A DNA stretch of 64,000 nucleotides from Halobacteriovoraceae bacterium (GCA_963719505.1 CAVRCF010000005.1:704001-768000), one strand, 5' to 3'; shown: positions 18,992-29,438, numbered from the stretch's first letter. The notes: generated by a model not told the origin, from the sequence alone. Program-made: numbers and translations.

Positions 18992-19545
18992 AAAATATAC
19001 TTATATCCAAAGCCATGACTCACATATTTTTTCACGTCAACATCATCAGGATTATTAAAATAATTTGTTAAGATAATATCATTAAGACCAGACTCAAAAT
19101 AAACGCCATGATCAGCAGTAATATTTAAATCTAATCCAAAAGAGAAAAGACCTCTAATTGATCCCAATCTATAATACTGTTCTGGGTATGAAGAATGCCT
19201 TGAGGACTGATAGTCTAAACCTGTCACGTGGTAAATATTAACTCCAAAGTAGAAGATCAAATTTTTTTCTAAAAGAGAAAAGTCGATCAAATCAAAAAGA
19301 TTCTTAATGGCAATTGCCTCTATCTCACTGCCTCCAATACTTTTTGGTACATAGCCATTAAAGACTTCTAAAGAATAAATCTCGCCGAATCTCTTTCCCA
19401 TACCTATAGATAAAAAGCCTATTTCCCCTGCATATTGGACTTTTAAATAGTCGACAAAATAAGCTTGGGCCCGAGAGCTTTGCAAAAGCAAAAACAGAAG
19501 AACACTACATTTTAACAAATTCAAACTGAACTCCAAAAGCATCAC
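18988..19545 (-). CDS. Putative outer-membrane protein paired with the metallophosphoesterase
   Basis: Signal peptide, QYAGEIGFLSIG, C-terminal YKYIF. Confidence 0.55.
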   Translation of the reverse strand: MMLLEFSLNLLKCSVLLFLLLQSSRAQAYFVDYLKVQYAGEIGFLSIGMGKRFGEIYSLEVFNGYVPKSIGGSEIEAIAIKNLFDLIDFSLLEKNLIFYFGVNIYHVTGLDYQSSRHSSYPEQYYRLGSIRGLFSFGLDLNITADHGVYFESGLNDIILTNYFNNPDDVDVKKYVSHGFGYKYIF

Positions 19546-20296
19546 TTATATCGAGCACGAGGAGCTTGCCCTTAAACGAACTACCGGCTGTAAGTCTTTT
19601 CGCATTACCAAACATTCCTTCATTTGGGTTATGATTGTGTCCATTAATAAAAAGGTCCACGCCATAGGCATTAATAATGGATTTAGTGTCGCTTATCATT
19701 TTAGTGGAATAACGATCGGTATCATCAGGTTGAACATGGCCTAGGACAACTTTATTATCCTCAGTTGAGGCGATAAGTTCTTTTTCAAGCCAAGAAAGAT
19801 CCGGAACCATCCCCGGACTCTCCCAGTTATTATTATTAATTAGAATAAATTTCGTTTGCTTAAAAGTGAAACTAAGGTTTAGTTTTTTGCCATACCTTTT
19901 TTCAAAAATCTCTCTACCGTTACTAAGAAGATCGTGATTTCCAATGGCCATGACTAAAGGAATATCTAATTCTTTAATTTTATCTCTAAATAAGTCCCAC
20001 TCTGGTTTTAGACCAAGATTCGTGGCATCCCCTGTGTGAATAACAAAGGCGATAGTCGATTTGTTTTTATTGATATAGTCAACTTGCTTTGCGAGATCTT
20101 TATAATAGTCATGTGAATCTGAAATTACTGCGACTTTAAATGAGTTTGAAAAGATTGAAGATCTTGAATTTATATCTCCAAGGCCATCACCATTGAGGTT
20201 TTCTCTTTTTACATTAGAAACATATGGTGAGTAATTGAATTCTCCGCAGGCGGTTATCGTCAATGCGATAATACTACTCACCAATGTCCTAATCAT
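19505..20296 (-). CDS. Calcineurin-like metallophosphoesterase lipoprotein
   Basis: Lipobox ITAC; SDSH, GD, GNHD, GHNH motifs. Confidence 0.88.
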   Translation of the reverse strand: MIRTLVSSIIALTITACGEFNYSPYVSNVKRENLNGDGLGDINSRSSIFSNSFKVAVISDSHDYYKDLAKQVDYINKNKSTIAFVIHTGDATNLGLKPEWDLFRDKIKELDIPLVMAIGNHDLLSNGREIFEKRYGKKLNLSFTFKQTKFILINNNNWESPGMVPDLSWLEKELIASTEDNKVVLGHVQPDDTDRYSTKMISDTKSIINAYGVDLFINGHNHNPNEGMFGNAKRLTAGSSFKGKLLVLDISDAFGVQFEFVKM

Positions 20297-20304
20297 TATT
20301 CTTC

Positions 20305-20997
20305 CTAGTTTTTAATAATTTTATTAACCGACTTTCCACTTTTTGACCTTACATGGAGAAGTACTTTTCTACTGTTCAGATTTTCTGGAACATCAAAACT
20401 GACAGAAACTGGTTGCATTTTTTTGGGACAAAAGTCACTTTGTTTTTGCATCACTGGCATTACAGAGTAAGTATTTTCCCCGTCGTTTATTATATCGACT
20501 CTATCAAGAGCATAGCAATCACTCTCTCTCAAAGCTGTTAAATGAACCCTCTTTTGTGATTGGTCTACGTTAATTTTTGTGACAAAAGGGTATTTGTTTG
20601 AGTCTACACTCGGTTGTTCGGCTTTAACAACTTTTAATCTATCAAAGCGAGCAGTGTCTTGGTTTTTATTAACCTCTAGCTCATATGATCCTGGAACCAA
20701 AACTCCAAGCTTAACTTTTTGTTTGAATGGAACTCGCTCAGGTGGACAGTAAGGATTCGAATCATCGTAATGCAAAGCGTTCACCGAGATATCGATTGAA
20801 TTTTGTCGCTTGCTGATTTGATAAGTTGGCTTTTTCTGACAGGCATTTGGCAGCCATCCTGAAATAACGACTTCAGCTTTATCATTTGAATCAAAGCCTT
20901 TGGGTGAATAGACTTTATTAATCTCCACAGGTTTTAGCACGGGAGTCCCTGCCAATGCTACAGTCGAGATGAAACATGTAATCAATAGTTTTTTCAC
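20305..20997 (-). CDS. Secreted two-domain Cys-containing hypothetical protein
   Basis: Signal peptide; PKGFDSND; two C...C pairs. Confidence 0.6.
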   Translation of the reverse strand: MKKLLITCFISTVALAGTPVLKPVEINKVYSPKGFDSNDKAEVVISGWLPNACQKKPTYQISKRQNSIDISVNALHYDDSNPYCPPERVPFKQKVKLGVLVPGSYELEVNKNQDTARFDRLKVVKAEQPSVDSNKYPFVTKINVDQSQKRVHLTALRESDCYALDRVDIINDGENTYSVMPVMQKQSDFCPKKMQPVSVSFDVPENLNSRKVLLHVRSKSGKSVNKIIKN

Positions 20998-21078
20998 TTC
21001 TTATTCTCCTTGAGTTATGTGTTCCTGCCTAAACTACCTATAAGTAATTGATATTTCTTTAAGGACTTAACCGGAGAA

Positions 21079-21096
21079 TGTGTAATAATAAACACA
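21079..21096. promoter_or_regulatory. TGTGT-N8-ACACA palindrome copy (TGTGT AATAATAA ACACA)
   Basis: Between divergent starts 20997 and 21153. Confidence 0.7.
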
Positions 21097-21152
21097 AATT
21101 ATTCATAGCAAACTTTCCTATAGATGAATAAAATTAGGAAAAGGAAATTGTT

Positions 21153-21527
21153 ATGAATAAAAAAATTGTTGTATTCGTTATTTTAGTTTTTTGTGCTTTA
21201 GGAGTATATGTCTGGCTAAAACAAATGAATGCGCCTGACAGTGAACTCAAGGTTCCCTCACCCGAAAATGTAACAAGGTATGAAGAAGAACTTAGCCTTT
21301 TAAAGTCTGACTTGGCCTCAATCGGTGCAAGTAAGAATATTGAGTTAACCAACGCTCAGGTTCTCGAACTCAAAGAGCTCATCACCGCAGCCCAAGAGAA
21401 AATGTTCGAGTTGCAAAAGACACAGGGGAAATTCAGAGATGTCGTCAAAGCAGACTTAGAGTTTCTTCTCGAAGATATAAAAGATAAAACTCGAACTTTA
21501 AAACAAGAAAAATCCGTAGTTCAATAA
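21153..21527 (+). CDS. Membrane-anchored helical protein
   Basis: N-terminal TM, coiled-coil-like remainder; AAGGA RBS. Confidence 0.6.
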   Translation: MNKKIVVFVILVFCALGVYVWLKQMNAPDSELKVPSPENVTRYEEELSLLKSDLASIGASKNIELTNAQVLELKELITAAQEKMFELQKTQGKFRDVVKADLEFLLEDIKDKTRTLKQEKSVVQ

Positions 21528-22166
21528 AAGACCTATGGATCTTTTTTGAGTGACATCCTCTATATTCTCAATAGCTTTAGCATCATTAGTAGAATCATCT
21601 ATTAACGTGTATTTATCTGATAATGAAACAAGAGTCGCAATTTCAAAATAGTTAAACGTTATTCTATTACGCCATTTAACCCCTGCTCTAACCCCGTAAT
21701 TAGTCACTCTTACTCGATTGGTTTTTGAAATATCCGTCTCGTTCTCTGTTATGGATGTATAGTTCAGCGTAAAAATACCTATGGTTGGTCCAATAGAGCC
21801 AATGATGTCGTACCCATCTGTTTGAGATAGTCGCCTCATATAGTTAAAACTATAAAATGAAGTCAATAAACTCGTAGCTCCTTCAACTTTTTTAGACTCT
21901 TTTTCAAAATCAAATTTTGCTCTTTTTGGTGTAAAGGAGGTATCAATGATAATACCAAACGAATTTAAATCATCGTATTTAAACTCCATAAGTGCGCCTA
22001 ATCCAAGAGCGACAAAGTCATCAAAGTAACGAGGCTCATTTTCTTGAATGCTCATATAAGGATAACCAAATGTTAAAGTTATGCTTGGATTTTGTATTTC
22101 AGCAACCTTCTTCACGTCGGATGCAAAAAGGCTTATAGAGAAGATAAAAACAAATAATTTAATCAT
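21498..22166 (-). CDS. Putative outer-membrane beta-barrel protein
   Basis: Signal peptide, amphipathic strands, C-terminal Phe. Confidence 0.5.
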   Translation of the reverse strand: MIKLFVFIFSISLFASDVKKVAEIQNPSITLTFGYPYMSIQENEPRYFDDFVALGLGALMEFKYDDLNSFGIIIDTSFTPKRAKFDFEKESKKVEGATSLLTSFYSFNYMRRLSQTDGYDIIGSIGPTIGIFTLNYTSITENETDISKTNRVRVTNYGVRAGVKWRNRITFNYFEIATLVSLSDKYTLIDDSTNDAKAIENIEDVTQKRSIGLLLNYGFFLF

Positions 22167-22767
22167 AATTGAAGCTCACCATGAAAGAATAGTTCTCAGG
22201 GTCTTTATAAACGGGAACGAAAGCAACATTTTTTCTTTCTACTAAAAAGCTAAAAGGATTAATAATTCTTCCTAGCGCTCTAACATACACACTTTCTGAG
22301 TTTAAGAAGTAAACAGAGACCTTCTCTGCTATAAAACCAGCTGCTGTGCCGAAGACCGGAGTATTAAAGGTATCTTGAACACTTGGCTGCTCGGTATAAG
22401 TTTCAATAAACGCTTCAAACCATAAGCTAGAGAGGAAGGAGAAGGCAAAAGCCCTACTTCTTGAGTACCCACGAGCTCGATAGTAAAGATAAACCTGAGA
22501 GCCCGTGTATGTGTGGCCAAAATAATTCCAATTCGTATTGTCATTGTCGAATTTAAAATCTAAGAAATGCTCATTATACTTTTTCCAAGAGCCCTCTTGT
22601 TCAATCGTCTTATTTTGAGTCAAAAGATAGCCTGTTAAGTGTCCAGAGAAAACAATTCCTTGATCAACAATGACCTGCCGCACGGAGTGATCTTTGTCGG
22701 TGTAGTCAAAATAGCTGGATTGGGCTTCACCACATAAAAATAGAAAAGTTAAAAATAGTAGTCTCAT
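22159..22767 (-). CDS. DUF3943-like protein
   Basis: D.D....NYFGHTYTGS..Y...RARG, WFE..IE, PSVQD..NTPVFG; ATG at 22767 chosen because it gives a signal peptide. Confidence 0.7.
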   Translation of the reverse strand: MRLLFLTFLFLCGEAQSSYFDYTDKDHSVRQVIVDQGIVFSGHLTGYLLTQNKTIEQEGSWKKYNEHFLDFKFDNDNTNWNYFGHTYTGSQVYLYYRARGYSRSRAFAFSFLSSLWFEAFIETYTEQPSVQDTFNTPVFGTAAGFIAEKVSVYFLNSESVYVRALGRIINPFSFLVERKNVAFVPVYKDPENYSFMVSFNYD

Positions 22768-22852
22768 TGTATTTATAGTAAAACATTGCTTGCTATATGC
22801 CACATATTTTTATGTGTTTTAATTGTGAACGACATCTTCAAAGGTTTTAAAA

Positions 22853-23374
22853 TTGAAATTAAAGTTTGTCCCTATCATCTTATTTTTCATCGCATGCGCG
22901 ACTAATCCCAAAATGAGAAGAAATATTAAGCAATACACCAGTCTTCCCATGAAGCAACAATTCACTCCTTTTGTGTCTGACGGCTGCTCTTTCTTTCCGG
23001 AAGGGACTAAAGAGGACAAAAGTGAATGGATAAAGTGTTGTGTCATTCACGATATGGAATACTGGATCGGTGGAACGAAACAGATGAGACTAGCCGCTGA
23101 CAAGAGACTAAAAAAGTGTGTTGCAAATAAAAACGCAAACATCATCTCCAAGATGATGTTTGAAGGTGTTCGCGTCGGAGGCAAGCCTCAGTACAAAACG
23201 GATTTTAAGTGGGGCTACGGGTGGACTTACAATCGAGGTTATCTCCCGGTTACCCCCACTGAGATGAAATACATCAAAACTCTTATGCCAAAAAAAGGCG
23301 AAGATCTAAGAAAGTTTATTTCAAAAGAGAAAATTGATCCAGAAATAGAAAAAGTTGGCCCGCTCTCTTTATAG
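22853..23374 (+). CDS. Lipoprotein with prokaryotic phospholipase A2-like motif
   Basis: Lipobox FIAC; DGCS...CCVIHD..Y...RLAAD...C. Confidence 0.6.
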   Translation: MKLKFVPIILFFIACATNPKMRRNIKQYTSLPMKQQFTPFVSDGCSFFPEGTKEDKSEWIKCCVIHDMEYWIGGTKQMRLAADKRLKKCVANKNANIISKMMFEGVRVGGKPQYKTDFKWGYGWTYNRGYLPVTPTEMKYIKTLMPKKGEDLRKFISKEKIDPEIEKVGPLSL

Positions 23375-23392
23375 AGTGAATAAATCTACACA
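23375..23392. promoter_or_regulatory. TGTGT-N8-ACACA palindrome copy (AGTGA ATAAATCT ACACA)
   Basis: About 83 nt upstream of the osmY-like start 23476. Confidence 0.55.
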
Positions 23393-23475
23393 ATCTTTAA
23401 ACCTGAACAGGCTTTAACTTCATTGTAAACTAGACTATCTTAAGACCAATGCTCGTTTATATCAGGGAGGTATAC

Positions 23476-23781
23476 ATGAAAATATTTTTCATAGCATCTG
23501 CATTAGTTGTCTTAGTATCGTGTGCAAGTACGGAAAAAAGAGAATCTCTTGGAGAATACGTTGACAATTCAGCTATTTCGTCCAAAATAAAAACGAAACT
23601 TATTTCAGAAGATAATATCTCCTCAACCTCAATTGATGTTGAAACATACAAGGGACATGTTATTTTGTCGGGGTTTGTTGACAATGAAGTTCAAAAACAA
23701 AAAGCTCTTAAACTTGCAAAAGAAACTAAGGGCGTAGTAGAAGTTAAAGACGCGTTAATCGTGAAAACGACAATAAAATAA
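23476..23781 (+). CDS. BON-domain lipoprotein (OsmY-like)
   Basis: GGAGG RBS before ATG 23476; lipobox LVSC; GEYVDNSAISSKIK, IDVETYKGHVILSGFV. Confidence 0.88.
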   Translation: MKIFFIASALVVLVSCASTEKRESLGEYVDNSAISSKIKTKLISEDNISSTSIDVETYKGHVILSGFVDNEVQKQKALKLAKETKGVVEVKDALIVKTTIK

Positions 23782-23791
23782 GGAGAAACAC

Positions 23792-24010
23792 ATGAAGAAT
23801 TTAGTAACAAAGTTTTTAATGCTTACATTTGTAGCATTTTTAGCAACAGCTTGTTTTGAAAGCAAGACTGAAAACGCTGCAGAAGACGTTGGAGAGAAGA
23901 TCGAGGAAACTGGAGATGACGTAATGGACAGTGCAGAAGACGCAGTAGACAATGTTGAAGATGCGGCTGATGACGCAGTTGACAATGTAGAAGATGAAAT
24001 GGATCAATAA
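23792..24010 (+). CDS. Small acidic repeat lipoprotein (stress/LEA-like)
   Basis: Lipobox ATAC; 11-mer-like repeats EDAVDNVEDAA. Confidence 0.7.
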   Translation: MKNLVTKFLMLTFVAFLATACFESKTENAAEDVGEKIEETGDDVMDSAEDAVDNVEDAADDAVDNVEDEMDQ

Positions 24011-24781
24011 ATGATTTTAAGGGGGCTCCTTCTTTTTGTCCTTAGTTTTTCGTTTGCTTATGGAGAACTAAAAAGCAGATATTTTGAAGCCCCCTCTTTC
24101 GAAAGAGTAAAACAAGCAGCCTCGTCTGCAACGAACACCTACCACTTTCGAATTCCCCTGGCCTTGGGCCTTATCGCTTTTGCCTTCGATGGAAGAATAA
24201 GTGACAGCGCAGCGCGACACACACCTCTATTTGGATCACAAGAAAACGCAGAAAACTGGACTGACGCTTTAGTCGTGGGCCTTGTTCCTATGATGCTATA
24301 TTCTGCCATGCAATCAGATCTTCCCGTTAAAGATGAACCGGCTTATATAACCAGAGCAAAATTTATAGGATTTCAATCACTCATTATTTTGGCCGACTTC
24401 ACTCTCATTACATCTTTAAAGAATTCATCTAAAAGGGTAAGACCTGACGAATCAGATGACCTAAGCTTCCCTTCAGGTCATTCAAGTGTTTCAAGTGGGC
24501 TTTCAAGGACTGTTTTTAACAATATTAATAATTCTCAACATAGAGACACTACTTTTGGCAGAGTTCTCCAAGGAACTGCTTTTACATCCTCTATTCTTGT
24601 CGCTTGGGGACGAGTGGAAGCAAGAAAACATCATCTATCAGACGTCTTACTAGGTAACGCTCTTGGGGCATTCATTAGTGACTTCCTCTATGCAACTTTC
24701 CTTGAGGAACCAACAAAAATAGAGTCTGCCTTTTTTATCAATGGACAACAACAGTCAATGCGTTTAAGCTACTCGTTTTAA
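24011..24781 (+). CDS. PAP2 family phosphatase
   Basis: K....RVRP, SFPSGHS, GRVEARKHHLSDV. Confidence 0.88.
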   Translation: MILRGLLLFVLSFSFAYGELKSRYFEAPSFERVKQAASSATNTYHFRIPLALGLIAFAFDGRISDSAARHTPLFGSQENAENWTDALVVGLVPMMLYSAMQSDLPVKDEPAYITRAKFIGFQSLIILADFTLITSLKNSSKRVRPDESDDLSFPSGHSSVSSGLSRTVFNNINNSQHRDTTFGRVLQGTAFTSSILVAWGRVEARKHHLSDVLLGNALGAFISDFLYATFLEEPTKIESAFFINGQQQSMRLSYSF

Positions 24782-24793
24782 ACCAAGGACCTA

Positions 24794-25552
24794 ATGAAAG
24801 CTTTATTCTCTCTTCTGTTTATACTCACTTGTATAACAAACTCTTTTGCCCAAACCAATACCGCTAAATCAATAGATCCAACGGTGACTGACAGCAGATC
24901 AGCTTGGGAAATCGAACAAAAAAACCTCCTCTCTCCGTTCACTACACCTGCCATTTGGATTCTTGGTGCAGGCTCACTTTTAACTTATGTTGTTTATAGG
25001 GCCAAAGAAGACAATGGGGATATTGGTTATAGAGAAGACCATAGAGAGGGGAATACATCGACAAATCTTGCCAATCTAGCAGGTTGGGGCTTATTTCAAA
25101 TTGGTTATACACTAACTCAACTTCCTGGCTTGATGGATAATGATAAAAAAGCACTAGAAAATACTGAGATGATGTGGAAATCAACTCTCTACACAAGCCT
25201 TACAACTTTTGTTTTAAAACTTTCTGTCCGAGAGGAAAGAAGAAATCTTGAAGAGAGATATGAATCATTCCCATCGGGACATGCATCAGCAGCATTTGCT
25301 TTTGCGACCAACGTAGCACTCAGACACGAATGGTATTGGAACTTTATCAGTGTACCACTCGCTCTTTGGGCATCAGTCTCAAGAGTTCATGATGACTCTC
25401 ATTATATCCATGATACGATCTTTGGAGCCGCACTAGGAATGAGTTTTGCCTATGGGATGAACTATATTAGTGATGGTGAAGAAGTACCATTTTTACTTGG
25501 CTACGAGCCAGTAGAAGACGGTGGCGGAATCGTCTTTAAATACAAGTTCTAG
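24794..25552 (+). CDS. PAP2 family phosphatase
   Basis: K..VREER, SFPSGHA, SRVHDDSHYIHD. Confidence 0.88.
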   Translation: MKALFSLLFILTCITNSFAQTNTAKSIDPTVTDSRSAWEIEQKNLLSPFTTPAIWILGAGSLLTYVVYRAKEDNGDIGYREDHREGNTSTNLANLAGWGLFQIGYTLTQLPGLMDNDKKALENTEMMWKSTLYTSLTTFVLKLSVREERRNLEERYESFPSGHASAAFAFATNVALRHEWYWNFISVPLALWASVSRVHDDSHYIHDTIFGAALGMSFAYGMNYISDGEEVPFLLGYEPVEDGGGIVFKYKF

Positions 25553-26373
25553 CTCTCCAAAGCAGCTGACCGATCCACAACGGGTCTTTGAATATTATTG
25601 TCTCGAAGGACCCTATTTCCTCTGGTGGTGATGTCGGTTAAAAAAGATTTCTCATATTTTACATCTAAAACGTACGCCTTCACACTCACCTTCACGACAA
25701 AGGTGTTAGATATGGCACTTTCTTCAAATACGAGAGACACTTTCTTTTTCAAATAAACGAAACGGGAAGTAATCACAACTTCATGTAAAAGTTTATGAAC
25801 ATGATCTAAGTTTTCGAAGATGGAAACATAGAAAGTTGTCACAACCATCATTTGCAGGGCGCCAGAGTTTCCCGATGATACAACATCAGTTAAAAACTTA
25901 GAGTTTGGAATCGTGATAAGATTATCATCAAGTGTGTTGAGTCTTACTGATCTCAAACCGATGTTGACAATCTCGCCGTAGTTATCTTCAAATTGAACTC
26001 TGTCTCCTACTTGAAATGGCCTATCAAAAAGTAAAATAAATCCCGCGATAACAGAGCCGACCAAATCTTTGAGTGCAAAACCAAATGCAACAGCAGCCGA
26101 GCCCCCAATACCTACGAGCAGCTCTCGACTCGGTTGGAAAACAAAATAAAACACGCCTAAAACACCAATAAGATAAGAGACAAAAGATAAAACGGTGGTT
26201 AATTGTAAGATAAGAAGTCTTTTACCTGAAAATTTTTCTTGAAGTTTAGCTGACCAAAGATTGAGAAGCCTTACACCTGCCACAATACAGAAAACAAGAA
26301 ATACAAATAAAAAGATCTTATCTATGTTGAGAAAGTTAAAAATTAAAACTGAAATATCGTTACTAGTTTCCAT
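25549..26373 (-). CDS. Small-conductance mechanosensitive channel (MscS family)
   Basis: GFALKD, DRPFQVGDRV, GEIVNIGLRS, ITIPNS. Confidence 0.9.
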   Translation of the reverse strand: METSNDISVLIFNFLNIDKIFLFVFLVFCIVAGVRLLNLWSAKLQEKFSGKRLLILQLTTVLSFVSYLIGVLGVFYFVFQPSRELLVGIGGSAAVAFGFALKDLVGSVIAGFILLFDRPFQVGDRVQFEDNYGEIVNIGLRSVRLNTLDDNLITIPNSKFLTDVVSSGNSGALQMMVVTTFYVSIFENLDHVHKLLHEVVITSRFVYLKKKVSLVFEESAISNTFVVKVSVKAYVLDVKYEKSFLTDITTRGNRVLRDNNIQRPVVDRSAALES

Positions 26374-29371
26374 AGATAAAATTCTTTGCTCGAAGCTGTT
26401 TAATTAAAATATGTTGGGTTGTAATATCGATCATAAATCGACTCCTATCATCTCTATATAAATATTTTCTTTCCAAGGAAAGTTTAAGAGCATTTCTCAC
26501 AACTCCTTTGGGAAGGTTTGAAGTTGAAACGACTTCGTTTGTTGATAAATTTTCGTGCTTTAGAATATGGGCAATGACAAAGAGTTGATCATCTGAGGCA
26601 AAAGCCAAATCGACAAGCTCTACCTCTTTTGGCACATTCACATTAAAAGTTGATTTATTTTTTCGAGAAAGAGCTGTAAGCCAAAGAGCTAATGCAGCTC
26701 TGGGATTCCCTCTGGAGAGCTCCCAAAGAAGCTTAAAAAACTTTGATTCAATTGAAGCATATCTATCAATTTCATCTTGTGACTTAGTTGCACTTATGAG
26801 GAGGTCGTAAGAGAGTTTGTAAGATGACTTTTCATGTCGCTTCATAATTAACTCTTTGATTTTTTCGTCTGACCACCCTTTCAGTTCAAAAACGTTTCTG
26901 AAAAACTGTGTTTTACCAAATGCACAGTCTAAGTAATTCCAACTCGACTTATTAAAAGAAAGAACCCAAAAGATATTTTCAGTCGGAAGGTTTAAGATAT
27001 CTGTTAAGTAATAGTAAGCTTCAAAGCCGCTGGTCTGGGATAAAAAGACATTTTGGCACTCATCGATAACAACAACCTGTTTCTTTTCGTACTTTCTATC
27101 ATGCGAAGGAAGATCAAAATTTACATCATCAACAATATCTAAAGTTTTTGCGATAAATTCCTTCAACGATTTCTTTGTTAGAGTCTTAGCTGGCATCTTT
27201 GTATAAATAAAATCAATATCCTCCCCTACTTGCTCTTCCAATTCTCGGCATAGATGTTTCAAAAGACTTGTCTTACCTATCCCCTTATCACCATAAAGAA
27301 CGAGAGAGTGCTCATCTGACTTTCCACTTTGCCAAAACAAAATATCCTCTTTCAGTTCTTTCTCTGTCTTTTCATCTTGAACAACATAAAGATCATCTTT
27401 TGACAAAGAGTACATTGCAAACTCTTCTTTATAGTCATCTGGGATCGACTTTTCAGAGCCTTCACTCGCCTCAATACTTTCAATTTGTTTTTTAAAAAGA
27501 TTAGCTGAGAGTTTTTTAGAAAAGGTAAAGTTTTCAGTTAAATCAATAATGAAATTAAATAAAGAAAGTATAATAATAGCAATAAATAAGAGAATTGGCT
27601 CAAGCTTACCAGGAACAAAGCTTAGGAATCGGCTAAAACCGTCAACAACAAAGCCTGCAAAGCGAGTCTCTAAATACCTTTTAAATTCTGCTTCCCACAT
27701 TTTCGCAAGTGAGAGAACTTGTACGAAGGAATAGATAAAAACGATAATTTTTATAATCGTAAATATATAAACTTTACCGATGGCCGCTCCGGTAAAAAGA
27801 TTCATCAAAAGATAGAACAACACAATATTTTTAAACTTATTTGAAGTAAGATCAGCTTTTTTTCTAAAGGACAAATAACTAGTTGAGTTAACCGAAGAAA
27901 CTGAGCTTAAAAATAAAGTAAGTGCTGCTTTGACAAGTCGAGAAATGATAATGATTTCAAAAAATCTCAAGAAGAAACTATATTCTAAGAAAAGCTGATT
28001 CTTCTGTATAATAAGGATGGAAATTATCCATAGTATTTCTTTTGAGTTATCTTTAATTTTGTTCCATCCACTTGAGAGTGTATTGAACAGCTTCGAGTTC
28101 CTTCTTTTTATCGCCTGCGTTCTTAGAGTTTTCGTTATGATTCCCTCAAGTTTTACAAACCCTTTGTTTAAACCAAATAAAACAAGGATCAAAAGAACAA
28201 GCCTAAAAAGCATAAAAGCAATCTCGGCATATCCACTGCGACCTCTATAGAGCATCTCTCTAATTTTAAAATAACTTGAGTAGGCATAGCTTAAAAGCCT
28301 ATAAGGAGAAAGCTTTACTTCTTCAACAATCAAAGTCATCCCCTGAATCGAAAAGATACGTTGAACTTTATAAGCAAAACTTGACTGCGCAAACAATGTT
28401 GAACGCAAGGAGTTCACTTGAACGAGAAGATCGTTTAAGAGCTTGAGTTCACTCTCTTTTTTATCGGTTAGAGAAATTATGGACTCTTGTTTAAGATTGA
28501 CAATACTTTGCCACAAAGAAATAACTTCCTCTCTTTGTTTTTTTGGAAGCTCTTGCAATCGAGCAGGAAGAATGGGGATAGAGGGAAACTCAAAAGAGAT
28601 TTCCGTATCTAAAAGATGAGAAACATTCTCTTTTGAAACTTCTAGCCAGAGAGCTTCAAGAACTTCAAAGTCCTTGTATGTCGCTGGCATTTTATCTTCT
28701 ATGTATTTTATTTTTGTCTCAAGGCTGGAGTTATACTCAATTTGTTTTTCTAAAAGTTCAATTTTTATTTTCTTAAGAGTTTTGGTATAGAGAATGAGCT
28801 CTTTTTGTAAAACATCCTTGGTAGACTCTATCTTAACTTCATCGTCGGCAAGAGATTTTTCAAGTAGGACTTTCTCATTCTCTGAGATATCATTAGATTT
28901 GGAAAGTTGGTCTTTTAAGCTTGGAATAGCACTGGAATTATCAAGATTAGATTTTAAGGCATTATTAAGTTTTTTATTTTTTTTATAGAGTTCGACTTTT
29001 AAGAGATTTACTTTCTCAGAAAGAGAGATTAAGTCTTCTCTTTGCTCACTTTTATTTAGTTCCATTAAACAATTTACTAAGTATAAATGTTCTGGAGCTA
29101 CGCCCAAATTTCTCTTTTGATCTTGCTTTAGTTTTTCAATAGTTTTGTCATCCAAGACATTGTAGTCATGTTCAAAAACTTCACTTAAGATTGACCCTTC
29201 GACCTTCTCACCCTTAAGAACACTGTTAAGCTGAGTTATTGTTAGATTTAATCGCTGCTGAGCATCTTTATATAAAGAGTTTATATTTTTTTTCTGACAA
29301 TCAATTTGGGTAAAACCTGGGATCGAGAATATGAATATATTGAAGAGTAAAACGCATAATAAATTTTTCAT
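26363..29371 (-). CDS. Large membrane protein with periplasmic coiled coil, TM bundle and C-terminal P-loop ATPase
   Basis: Signal peptide; several TM helices; Walker A GDKGIGKT, Walker B VVVIDE, SRGNPR; overlaps the mscS start. Confidence 0.75.
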   Translation of the reverse strand: MKNLLCVLLFNIFIFSIPGFTQIDCQKKNINSLYKDAQQRLNLTITQLNSVLKGEKVEGSILSEVFEHDYNVLDDKTIEKLKQDQKRNLGVAPEHLYLVNCLMELNKSEQREDLISLSEKVNLLKVELYKKNKKLNNALKSNLDNSSAIPSLKDQLSKSNDISENEKVLLEKSLADDEVKIESTKDVLQKELILYTKTLKKIKIELLEKQIEYNSSLETKIKYIEDKMPATYKDFEVLEALWLEVSKENVSHLLDTEISFEFPSIPILPARLQELPKKQREEVISLWQSIVNLKQESIISLTDKKESELKLLNDLLVQVNSLRSTLFAQSSFAYKVQRIFSIQGMTLIVEEVKLSPYRLLSYAYSSYFKIREMLYRGRSGYAEIAFMLFRLVLLILVLFGLNKGFVKLEGIITKTLRTQAIKRRNSKLFNTLSSGWNKIKDNSKEILWIISILIIQKNQLFLEYSFFLRFFEIIIISRLVKAALTLFLSSVSSVNSTSYLSFRKKADLTSNKFKNIVLFYLLMNLFTGAAIGKVYIFTIIKIIVFIYSFVQVLSLAKMWEAEFKRYLETRFAGFVVDGFSRFLSFVPGKLEPILLFIAIIILSLFNFIIDLTENFTFSKKLSANLFKKQIESIEASEGSEKSIPDDYKEEFAMYSLSKDDLYVVQDEKTEKELKEDILFWQSGKSDEHSLVLYGDKGIGKTSLLKHLCRELEEQVGEDIDFIYTKMPAKTLTKKSLKEFIAKTLDIVDDVNFDLPSHDRKYEKKQVVVIDECQNVFLSQTSGFEAYYYLTDILNLPTENIFWVLSFNKSSWNYLDCAFGKTQFFRNVFELKGWSDEKIKELIMKRHEKSSYKLSYDLLISATKSQDEIDRYASIESKFFKLLWELSRGNPRAALALWLTALSRKNKSTFNVNVPKEVELVDLAFASDDQLFVIAHILKHENLSTNEVVSTSNLPKGVVRNALKLSLERKYLYRDDRSRFMIDITTQHILIKQLRAKNFIYGN

Positions 29372-29438
29372 ATTTAATCTTATAAACTATGATTTCCTTA
29401 AGCAATTTTTAATTTTAACTCAACGCAGTGGGTAAGAC

